Source: Minisyncoccota bacterium (lineage in GTDB: Bacteria; Patescibacteriota; Minisyncoccia; Phycocordibacterales; Phycocordibacteraceae). From it: DNA of 35,134 bases. Positions within the stretch are counted from its first letter, which is position 1. Every line of letters starts with the position of its first letter. The notes beneath the pieces were generated by a model. That model saw nothing but the letters and a program-made list of their open reading frames with translations. It searched no databases and was not told the DNA's origin. The DNA is taken from positions 1 to 35,134 of the forward strand of contig JBBABN010000005.1 in NCBI GenBank assembly GCA_041657665.1, given 5' to 3'. Made by a program: the position numbers and the translations under genes. Shown in pieces: positions 16,879-24,350 of the stretch.

Positions 16879-18339
16879 ATGAAATGGTTTACAAATTTAT
16901 TTAAAAAACGAACTGATGCTGAACATCGCGGCTCGTCACAGATATTCTTAACGAACACTCTCTCAGGAAAGAAAGAGCTCTTCATATCACAAAAACCTGG
17001 CATTGTATTAATGTATTCTTGCGGACCAACCGTGTATGGTCCTGCCCATATTGGAAATCTGCGTTCGTATGTATTCTCTGACACACTTGCGCGCGTTTTG
17101 ATTAACGACGGATATCACGTACGCCGTGTTATTAATATTACCGATGTCGGCCATATGGTCGGCGATGGCGATCGTGGTGAGGATAAAATAGCCGTTGGTG
17201 CGAAACGAGAGAAATCAACACCAGAAGCAATCGCCGCACGATATACAAAACTTTTTATCGAAGATCTTGATGAATTACACATTGATACCAATGATATTCG
17301 TTTTCCACGCGCAACCGAATATATAAAAGAACAAATAGCGCTCGCAGAAACACTCGAACAAAAAGGATTCGCGTATCGTCTCTCCGACGGTCTTTATTTC
17401 GATACTGAAAAATTTCCTGGCTATGGGAAATTGGGCGGATTATCGGATGCACAGCTTGAAGCAGGCGCACGTGTCGAAGTAGTGAAAGGAAAACGCCATT
17501 CAGCTGATTTTGTTCTTTGGCGCAAAGCAAAGTCTGGAGATCTTCAACAATGGGATAGTCCATGGGATTGTGGTAATCCTGGCTGGCATATCGAATGTTC
17601 GGCAATGGCACGCTCCCTACTCGGTCAAGAAATCGATATTCACACGGGCGGTGAAGATCACATTGCTATTCATCACAATAATGAAATCGCTCAGTCCGAA
17701 GCGGCAAATGGTCGGACACTCTCCCACTACTGGATGCATAATGCATTTCTCAATATGGGAAGTGAAAAGATTTCAAAATCGATTGGCAATGTCGTGTATC
17801 TTTCTGATATCGCAGAAAAAGGAATTTCTCCGCTCGCTCTCCGTTATTTCTTCCTTCAAGCACAGTATCGGACTCCCCTCTCCTTCTCATGGGACGCTCT
17901 CATTGGCGCCGCAAGTGCTCTCGACCGACTTTGGAATCTCTCGCGCGAGATCGCACTTGAATCAAAACAAAAAGGTATACGGAAAGAATTGTGCGAACGA
18001 TTTCTCGTAACCATACGCGACGACCTTGCCACACCTCAAGCGCTCGGTTTTATCTGGGATGCACTTCGCAGCGAAGAATACTCACCTGAAGAAAAATGGG
18101 GACTTATCGAAGAAGCTGATGCTCATCTTGGTCTCTCACTCGTGAATCCGCCAGCAACAAAAACCGTACTCGAGGATGATGCACCTGAAGAAATACGAGA
18201 TATGCTCGCCCGTCGTCTGGAAGCGCGCAATACAAAAGATTTTAAAGAGGCCGACCGCATCCGAGACGAGATTTTAGACAAGGGATATCGTGTGGATGAC
18301 GGGCCAAATGGTCAAGTGTTGACTCGGACAACTCTTTGA
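16879..18339 (+). CDS. cysS: Cysteinyl-tRNA synthetase
   Basis: HIGH (GPTVYGPAHIGNLRSY), WHIECSAM and KMSKS (EKISKSIGN). About 20 extra residues at the N-terminus. Confidence 0.95.
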   Translation: MKWFTNLFKKRTDAEHRGSSQIFLTNTLSGKKELFISQKPGIVLMYSCGPTVYGPAHIGNLRSYVFSDTLARVLINDGYHVRRVINITDVGHMVGDGDRGEDKIAVGAKREKSTPEAIAARYTKLFIEDLDELHIDTNDIRFPRATEYIKEQIALAETLEQKGFAYRLSDGLYFDTEKFPGYGKLGGLSDAQLEAGARVEVVKGKRHSADFVLWRKAKSGDLQQWDSPWDCGNPGWHIECSAMARSLLGQEIDIHTGGEDHIAIHHNNEIAQSEAANGRTLSHYWMHNAFLNMGSEKISKSIGNVVYLSDIAEKGISPLALRYFFLQAQYRTPLSFSWDALIGAASALDRLWNLSREIALESKQKGIRKELCERFLVTIRDDLATPQALGFIWDALRSEEYSPEEKWGLIEEADAHLGLSLVNPPATKTVLEDDAPEEIRDMLARRLEARNTKDFKEADRIRDEILDKGYRVDDGPNGQVLTRTTL

Positions 18340-18353
18340 TACAATTGAAGGTG

Positions 18354-19709
18354 ATGGCTTCCGACCGCGTCCCCCCACAGTCACTCGAGTCCGAGCGTGC
18401 CCTTCTGGGGGCTCTCTTGCTTAAGCCAGACGCTATTCATGATGTTTCTGACCTCATTAGCGCCAATTCTTTTTACGCCGAAAAACATCGCATTATATTC
18501 GGCACGATGAGCGAGCTCGCGCAACGAAGTGAGCCGATTGATCTCCTTTCTCTCTCCGAGAGAATGCAAAATCAAGGACAGCTTGAACATGGCGGCGGCA
18601 GGAGTTACCTTGCTGAACTGGTCGGTTCAGCACCCGCACCAGGAAATTTCTCTCATTATGCTGAACTCGTCTCGCGCAAATTTTTAATGCGCTCTCTCAT
18701 CGACGCGGCATGCAATATAACCGAATCTGCCTACAACGACGCGCGCGACACGATGGAAGTACTCGACGAAGCCGAGAAAAGTATCTATGCCATCGGCGAT
18801 GCTTCAGCTGCACACAAATTCACCGCGATTGGCGATACCATCCACGAGGCGTGGGATCGTATCGAAGCGCTCTCGAAAAAAGAAGATGGTATTCGTGGGG
18901 TTCCGTCAGGATTCCCTGATCTCGATACGCTTCTTTCCGGATTCCACCCCTCCGACCTCGTCATCCTCGCAGCGCGACCTTCGATGGGTAAAACATCGCT
19001 TGCGCTCGATATCGCACGCAATGCCGCCGTCCGCTACAATGTTCCCGTTGGTATTTTTTCACTCGAAATGAGCTCCGAACAGCTCATCGACCGCATGCTC
19101 GCGGCAGAGTCATTCGTTGACTCGTGGAAACTGCGCACGGGACAAGTAAAAGAATCAGATGATTTCGACCGTATTCGCGATGCACTCGAGACACTTTCAA
19201 AAGCTCCTATCTACATTGATGATAAGCCGGGCAACAATATCCTCGCGATGCGCGCGGTCGCCAGGCGGCTGAAGCGCGACCGTGGCATCGGGCTTATTAT
19301 CGTGGATTATCTTCAGCTGATGGCGCCGACTTCGACCAAGGCCTCTGACTCAATGGTCCAACAAGTGACTGAAATTTCTCGCTCGCTTAAGGGTCTCGCG
19401 CGCGAGTTGAAGGTACCAGTTATTGCCCTCTCACAGCTCTCGCGCGCCGTAGAACAGCGTGGCGGTAAACCACGCCTCTCCGACCTGCGCGACTCGGGCT
19501 CTATCGAACAGGACGCTGATGTCGTGATGTTTATCCATCGTGAAGATAAACGGAACCCTGAAAGCGACCGCCCGAATGTCGCCGAAATTCTTATCGAAAA
19601 ACACCGTAACGGCCCGACCGGCAGAACGGAACTCTACTTCGACGAGAAGCGCGCCACCTTCCAGCCGATGGACAAGTCGGGCTTCGGCGAACTCGCACAA
19701 GAGTTTTAA
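18354..19709 (+). CDS. dnaB: Replicative DNA helicase DnaB
   Basis: PPQSLESERALLGALL N-domain, Walker A ARPSMGKTSLALDIA, IIVDYLQLM, SQLSRAVEQR and DSGSIEQDADVVMFIHR. No intein. The start could also be TTG 18336 or GTG 18351. Confidence 0.95.
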   Translation: MASDRVPPQSLESERALLGALLLKPDAIHDVSDLISANSFYAEKHRIIFGTMSELAQRSEPIDLLSLSERMQNQGQLEHGGGRSYLAELVGSAPAPGNFSHYAELVSRKFLMRSLIDAACNITESAYNDARDTMEVLDEAEKSIYAIGDASAAHKFTAIGDTIHEAWDRIEALSKKEDGIRGVPSGFPDLDTLLSGFHPSDLVILAARPSMGKTSLALDIARNAAVRYNVPVGIFSLEMSSEQLIDRMLAAESFVDSWKLRTGQVKESDDFDRIRDALETLSKAPIYIDDKPGNNILAMRAVARRLKRDRGIGLIIVDYLQLMAPTSTKASDSMVQQVTEISRSLKGLARELKVPVIALSQLSRAVEQRGGKPRLSDLRDSGSIEQDADVVMFIHREDKRNPESDRPNVAEILIEKHRNGPTGRTELYFDEKRATFQPMDKSGFGELAQEF

Positions 19710-19714
19710 GAAAT

Positions 19715-19777
19715 AAGGTGTAAGGTATAAGAATTCTATGCATTCACTTACCACTTACACCTTGCAACTTACACCTG
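19715..19777 (+). terminator. dnaB-recR intergenic hairpin with two alternative right arms (direct repeat ACTTACACCT x2)
   Basis: AAGGTGTAAG (19715-19724) can pair with CTTACACCTT (19754-19763) or with CTTACACCT (19768-19776). The latter is followed by GTATTTT and the recR ATG at 19784. Confidence 0.35.
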
Positions 19778-19783
19778 TATTTT

Positions 19784-20431
19784 ATGGATCATATTGACGA
19801 ACTCGCTTCTGCCCTCTCTCGCTTCCCTGGCATCGGTCCGCGTCAGGCGAAGCGATTTGTTTTTTATCTTCTCGCGACCCCTTCTACCGAACGCACCAAA
19901 CTCGCCGAACTTATTTCATCATTAGGAAAGAATGTCCGACAGTGTCCTGAATGTTTGCGTTTTCATAACCCCACTTCGCCAAGGCTTCGCGGGGCAAGTG
20001 GCGACAACGAAATTTGTAATTATTGTTCTGATAAAATGCGCGACGACACCCAACTAATGCTGGTCGAAAAAGATCAGGATCTCGCCGCAGTGGAGCGTGC
20101 CGGAACGTATCACGGACACTATTTTGTTCTTGGTGGAGTGCTCACGCTCACCGGCAAGGGTGCAATTCGCGAAAAAGAATTAGTGCGCATAATTGAAAAA
20201 CGTCTGTCTGCGCAGACAGGCCTGAAAAGTGGATTAAAAGAAATCGTGCTCGCACTCTCGGCGACCAGCGAAGGCGAACATACGATTGACCGTATACACG
20301 AACTCCTCGCGCCCTATCGCGATCAGTTGAAGTTATCAGAACTCGGACGCGGCCTCGCGACCGGCTCCGAGCTCGAATATTCCGACGCAGAAACCCTCCG
20401 CGCGGCACTCAGTAACCGCAAAGAAACCTAG
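19784..20431 (+). CDS. recR: Recombination protein RecR, with an enlarged zinc-finger loop
   Basis: HhH (RFPGIGPRQAKRFVFYL), C4 finger (CPEC...CNYC) and Toprim (LVEKDQDLAAVERAGTYHGHYFVLGG). TAG stop. Confidence 0.95.
   Translation: MDHIDELASALSRFPGIGPRQAKRFVFYLLATPSTERTKLAELISSLGKNVRQCPECLRFHNPTSPRLRGASGDNEICNYCSDKMRDDTQLMLVEKDQDLAAVERAGTYHGHYFVLGGVLTLTGKGAIREKELVRIIEKRLSAQTGLKSGLKEIVLALSATSEGEHTIDRIHELLAPYRDQLKLSELGRGLATGSELEYSDAETLRAALSNRKET
19971..20001. repeat. GC-rich imperfect hairpin element inside the RecR zinc-finger coding region
   Basis: CCACTT-C-GCC AAGGCTTCGCGG GGC AAGTGG forms 6+3 bp of stem with one bulge. It encodes TSPRLRGASG between the two CxxC pairs. Confidence 0.6.
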
Positions 20432-21801
20432 CGATCTTGGACGAAGGTCAGTGCACGACCTTTGAGAGAAGCACGACCGGTACGGCCGATGCGGTGGATG
20501 TAATCCTCGTAGGTCGAAGGAAGGTCATAGTTGATGACGTGCGAGACGGCAGGAATATCGAGGCCGCGCGCGGCGACATCTGTGGCGACGAGTGCTCCCA
20601 CCTTCCCTGTTTTGAATGCGTCCAGAGCTCGTATACGAGCACTGTAGGTCTTATTGCCATGGATAGACTCGGCGTGGATGTGACGTCGCGAGAGATCCTT
20701 CGCGATCTTTTCAACCCCATATTTCGTGCGGCCGAATATCAGCACTCTATTGAAGTTGCGATCATTCATGAGCTCGACGAGCATTTCGAACTTGTCTTTC
20801 CCTCGTGGAATACGCACCACATCCTGATCAATACTGGTCGGCGTGTCGCTGGTCTTTACTGAGATAATGACTGGACTCACGAGGAAGTCGCCAATCAATC
20901 GTTCAATCTCTTTACCCATCGTCGCGGAGAAGAAGAGTGTATGACGTTCTTTCTTCATCTTCCCGAGAATCATACGCATATCGTCGATGAATCCCATATC
21001 GAGCATCCGGTCTGCTTCGTCGAGCACGACCGTACCGAAACCGGAGAGGTCGAGTGCTTTACGTTCCATAAGATCTTTAAGCCGTCCGGGAGTGCCGATA
21101 ACGAATGCTGGATCATGCTTCAATTGAGTTATTTGGGGACCGATATTCGTACCACCAACCGCGACCATACCGCGGAAGCCGAGACCCTTCGCGAAGCCCG
21201 CGAGTTCTTTCTCAGTCTGTGCCGCGAGTTCGCGTGTTGGCGCCATAATAAGAATACGATCACCTTTCTGCTTCATGACTTTATCGATCATCGGAATAAG
21301 AAATGCTGCGGTCTTCCCTGTTCCGGTCGCGGCGAGACCAACAATGTCTTGACCGGCGAGTGCGTGCGGAATGGTTTTATCCTGAATAGGTGTCGGAGCT
21401 TCGTAGCCACGAGCGATAATGTTCTTCTTCAGATGTTCGTTGATGTCGAAATCGGCGAAGGTGTGTTCAGGAACGAAGACTGGCTCTTCAGTCGTGACTA
21501 CCGCTTTATTCATAAACTTCGAAATCTCGGCTTCGGTCGTACCGAATGAGCCAAAGCCACCACGGTTTCCTCCACGAGAAGGCGCACGTCCGCGACTGCC
21601 GAAGCTTGGTCTGCTACTAAATCCTCCACGAGAAGGCGGACGACTTCCTCCACGATCACTAAAACGACGTGCACCCGTACTTCCCTGACCAGACGGCCGT
21701 GACGAATACGAACGTTCGCCTCCATGTGAACTTCTCGAAGATCCCGAAGGTGTTCCCGAGGGACCACTGGTCGATTGATGATTCCATCTTCCTACTTGCA
21801 T
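20428..21801 (-). CDS. DEAD-box ATP-dependent RNA helicase with an N-terminal Arg/Gly/Ser-rich low-complexity extension
   Basis: Motifs AATGTGKTAAF, PTRELA, DEAD, SAT and HRIGRTGR. The first ~90 aa are RGG/SR-rich. The TAG stop shares the CTAG tetranucleotide with the recR stop. Confidence 0.9.
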   Translation of the reverse strand: MQVGRWNHQSTSGPSGTPSGSSRSSHGGERSYSSRPSGQGSTGARRFSDRGGSRPPSRGGFSSRPSFGSRGRAPSRGGNRGGFGSFGTTEAEISKFMNKAVVTTEEPVFVPEHTFADFDINEHLKKNIIARGYEAPTPIQDKTIPHALAGQDIVGLAATGTGKTAAFLIPMIDKVMKQKGDRILIMAPTRELAAQTEKELAGFAKGLGFRGMVAVGGTNIGPQITQLKHDPAFVIGTPGRLKDLMERKALDLSGFGTVVLDEADRMLDMGFIDDMRMILGKMKKERHTLFFSATMGKEIERLIGDFLVSPVIISVKTSDTPTSIDQDVVRIPRGKDKFEMLVELMNDRNFNRVLIFGRTKYGVEKIAKDLSRRHIHAESIHGNKTYSARIRALDAFKTGKVGALVATDVAARGLDIPAVSHVINYDLPSTYEDYIHRIGRTGRASLKGRALTFVQDR

Positions 21802-21875
21802 AATGAATATAATTTAACGAAATAAATAAAAGCAAAACCCTTTTTCAGGTCTGCGCTCGCTCACATATGAGAAGG

Positions 21876-22193
21876 TTAGGAAATCGAATCGATTTTCACT
21901 TTGAGCACTGGCTGGCGATGTCCGACGCGCTTGTAGTAGCGGCTCTTCGGCTTGTACTTCACCACCTCAACTTTCTTTGCCTTCCCGGCGAGAACAACGG
22001 TGCCCTTGACCTCTGCGCCCTTAATAACAGGCGTACCGATGGTCGTGTCCGAGCCGTTGTCGACGAGGAGCACCTCGCTGAAGACAACTGTGTCGCCTTT
22101 CTTCAATTCTCCCGGGAGCTTTTCTATAGCAATAGTGTCGCCTTTAGAGACGACATACTGCTTCCCGCCGGTCTTGATTACGGCCACTTCCAT
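21876..22193 (-). CDS. rplU: 50S ribosomal protein L21
   Basis: MEVAVIKTGGKQYVVSKGDTIAIEKL..., with a G-rich SD (GGGGGG) upstream. Confidence 0.95.
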   Translation of the reverse strand: MEVAVIKTGGKQYVVSKGDTIAIEKLPGELKKGDTVVFSEVLLVDNGSDTTIGTPVIKGAEVKGTVVLAGKAKKVEVVKYKPKSRYYKRVGHRQPVLKVKIDSIS

Positions 22194-22234
22194 AGTCCCC
22201 CCAATCTAGCATTCTTCTGTCTAAAACACAAGTT

Positions 22235-23290
22235 CTACTCCTCAGACATCGCTGGCTTATCGAGGAGTTCGGGTTCGATACCGATTTTACTCTCGGCGAT
22301 GCGGTAGACATCTTTGTCTATCTTGCCAAGCTCTTTGTAGCCACTATTGAAATGGCTAACGGTCGTGCCGAGCGCGACGCCAAGCTTCCGGTAATATTCC
22401 TGCCACGAGCCGATATGCTTCCCAAGCTCCCCTACCCTCTGCTGGATTTCTACTGCCTTCTTCTCTATCTGGAGCGCCTTGAGCCCCTGCATTACTGTTT
22501 GCAGATATGCGAGGAATGAGGTCGGCGAGACAATGATAACCTTATATTTGCTCGATGCACGTTGAATGAGGTTTTCTTCTCCTCCCCCGCCGACTTGGTT
22601 AGTGAGAAGATCGTAATAGATGCCTTCGGAAGGAATAAACATAAATGCAAAATCCATCGTGTTTTCTTCGGGGTGAATATACTTCGCGGTTTCGGTAATA
22701 CGCATCTTTAGATCATTTACGAACGCCTTCTCGGCAGTAACGCGTTCAGCACTCCCCACTTGCGTGCTTACGAAGCGGTTGTAGTTATCGAGTGAAAACT
22801 TCGAATCAATCGGGACGATTTTATCATTCACGAATACCGCAGCGTCCACTATTTCGCCATTCTTAAAGGGATACTGGATTTGATACATACCGGGTGGCAA
22901 CACATTTTTAAGCACGGTCTCGAGATAATATTCGCCGAGAATGCCGCGCTGTTTCGGATTCTTCAGCAGGTCTTGAAGCGACTGGAGTTGTTCCGCGAAA
23001 CTTTGTGTCTGGCGGCCGATTTCTTTTACCGAAGTGACTTCTTGCGTGATTTCTTTAATCAGTCGCGACGATTCGGTAAATTGCCGATGCGCATTTTCTT
23101 GCATCTGCTTCGACGACTCCGAGACACGCGCGTCGAGCGTTCTCTCGAGATTCTGGAGCTGTTGTTGGAGAAGTACCATCGAACCACTGTCTTCAGACTT
23201 CGACGTTCGTTTCAGCGTATACAGCACCAAAGCAAAACCACCAATAAGCACAGCAACGAGTAGGAGAATAAGTAATGTGGCTGATTCCAT
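22235..23290 (-). CDS. rmuC: DNA recombination protein RmuC
   Basis: N-terminal TM helix, long coiled coil, and a C-terminal nuclease-like domain with FAFMFIPSEGIYYDLL and VIIVSPTSFLAYLQTV. Confidence 0.88.
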   Translation of the reverse strand: MESATLLILLLVAVLIGGFALVLYTLKRTSKSEDSGSMVLLQQQLQNLERTLDARVSESSKQMQENAHRQFTESSRLIKEITQEVTSVKEIGRQTQSFAEQLQSLQDLLKNPKQRGILGEYYLETVLKNVLPPGMYQIQYPFKNGEIVDAAVFVNDKIVPIDSKFSLDNYNRFVSTQVGSAERVTAEKAFVNDLKMRITETAKYIHPEENTMDFAFMFIPSEGIYYDLLTNQVGGGGEENLIQRASSKYKVIIVSPTSFLAYLQTVMQGLKALQIEKKAVEIQQRVGELGKHIGSWQEYYRKLGVALGTTVSHFNSGYKELGKIDKDVYRIAESKIGIEPELLDKPAMSEE

Positions 23291-23310
23291 ACCTATAGTA
23301 TACTAGTTCT
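23291..23310. promoter_or_regulatory. 20-bp divergent spacer whose palindrome AGTATACT supplies a TATACT -10 box exactly 6 nt from the ATG on both strands
   Basis: Plus strand: TATACT 23299-23304, N6, ATG 23311. Minus strand: TATACT 23302-23297, N6, ATG 23290. Confidence 0.4.
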
Positions 23311-23766
23311 ATGGCTCTACACGAAACTCTGAAACAATCGATTCCTGACGCTCTACGGGCACATGATGAGGTGCGTCTCCGCACACTCCGTTCACTCGTG
23401 ACCGCGATGACGAACGAAGTCGTCGCCAAGAAGCGCAAACCCGATGAATACCTCAACGATGATGAGTCAATCGCCGTCTTGAAACGTGCAGCGAGCCAAC
23501 GAAAGGACTCTATAGAACAATTCGAGAAGGCATCGCGCAACGACCTCGCTGAACCAGAAAAAGCCGAGCTCGTCATTATAGAATCCTATCTTCCTACTAT
23601 GATGAGTCGTGAAGAAATCGAGAAAATCGCACGAGCGAAAATGGTTGAACTGAATGTCTCCTCCAAAGCCGATATGGGAAAGTTTATCGGTGCCGTTATG
23701 AAAGAATGTGGCGGGAGAGCTGATGGCGGAGAGGTAAAAGCCGTTGTGGATAACCTCCTTTCTTGA
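23311..23766 (+). CDS. yqeY: GatB/YqeY domain-containing protein
   Basis: MALHETLKQSIPDALRAHDEVRLRTLRSLVTAM..., ...EKAELVIIESYLP and the C-terminal GKFIGAVMKECGGRADG are typical of the YqeY family. Confidence 0.88.
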   Translation: MALHETLKQSIPDALRAHDEVRLRTLRSLVTAMTNEVVAKKRKPDEYLNDDESIAVLKRAASQRKDSIEQFEKASRNDLAEPEKAELVIIESYLPTMMSREEIEKIARAKMVELNVSSKADMGKFIGAVMKECGGRADGGEVKAVVDNLLS

Positions 23767-23791
23767 CAAATTACACAGGTGCTGATATCAT
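23763..23791 (+). promoter_or_regulatory. Near-consensus sigma-70 promoter (TTGACA-N17-TATCAT with a TGn extension)
   Basis: TTGACA 23763-23768 (overlapping the yqeY stop), a 17-nt spacer ending in TGA, then TATCAT 23786-23791. Confidence 0.55.
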
Positions 23792-23849
23792 ATTTATAGA
23801 ATAGTAACTTCGGTTAGTTTCTCTTTCCTCCTAACGAAAGGATGTTTTT

Positions 23850-24020
23850 ATGAATCGCACACAAACTATTCCTTCTTCGGACGGAACAAAGAAGGATGCA
23901 GAAAAACCGAAAACAACCCCGAAGCTCGCCATCTCGACACCGGTAAGATCCAGGGATATGGCACCCGGAAGATTTACAGAGAGGTCGTTACCTCCCTGCG
24001 ATCGCAATGATGCTGATTAA
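23850..24020 (+). CDS. Possible 56-aa hydrophilic small protein (or part of a non-coding transcript)
   Basis: AAAGGA (23837-23842) lies 7 nt upstream of ATG 23850. Product: MNRTQTIPSSDGTKKDAEKPKTTPKLAISTPVRSRDMAPGRFTERSLPPCDRNDAD, TAA 24018-24020. Bracketed by a strong promoter and a strong terminator. I recognise no homology. Confidence 0.3.
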   Translation: MNRTQTIPSSDGTKKDAEKPKTTPKLAISTPVRSRDMAPGRFTERSLPPCDRNDAD

Positions 24021-24035
24021 CGAATACGGGATTTT

Positions 24036-24067
24036 TTAAAAAAGGCGGATACCCTCCGCCTTTTTTC
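24036..24067 (+). terminator. Rho-independent terminator
   Basis: AAAAAAGGCGGA-TACCC-TCCGCCTTTTTT: a 6-bp GC stem extendable by A/T pairs, then a T6 run. Confidence 0.75.
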
Positions 24068-24107
24068 TACTTCCCTCTCTCTGCTTTTTTTGCTATAAAA
24101 CATGAAG

Positions 24108-24182
24108 GGCCCCATCGTCTAACGGTTAGGACATCGCCTTCTCAAGGTGGTAATCAGAGTTCGATTCTCTGTGGGGTCACCA
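24108..24182 (+). tRNA. tRNA-Glu (anticodon CUC), CCA encoded
   Basis: Hand-folded cloverleaf. Acceptor GGCCCCA/TGGGGTC (one G-U). D arm GTCT-AACGGTTA-GGAC. Anticodon arm TCGCC-TTCTCAA-GGTGG. 4-nt variable loop. T arm CAGAG-TTCGATT-CTCTG. Discriminator A, then CCA. The overall shape is like the bacterial tRNA-Glu I remember. Confidence 0.9.
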
Positions 24183-24191
24183 ATACACTTT

Positions 24192-24350
24192 ATGAAAATA
24201 GGTAGAATAATTTGCTTCATTCTCGCCGTAGTATTTGGCGTATTTATGATTGTATACGGAGAGATTGATGATAGTCCAGGAGGACAATTTCTCGGACTTT
24301 TATCAGTCATTGCTGGTAGTATAGGAATGATAAAGAGTAAAAGAAAATGA
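24192..24350 (+). CDS. Small two-TM membrane protein (52 aa), translationally coupled to the methyltransferase
   Basis: MKIGRIICFILAVVFGVFMIVYGEIDDSPGGQFLGLLSVIAGSIGMIKSKRK. It starts 9 nt after the tRNA, and its TGA overlaps the next ATG (ATGA). Confidence 0.5.
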   Translation: MKIGRIICFILAVVFGVFMIVYGEIDDSPGGQFLGLLSVIAGSIGMIKSKRK

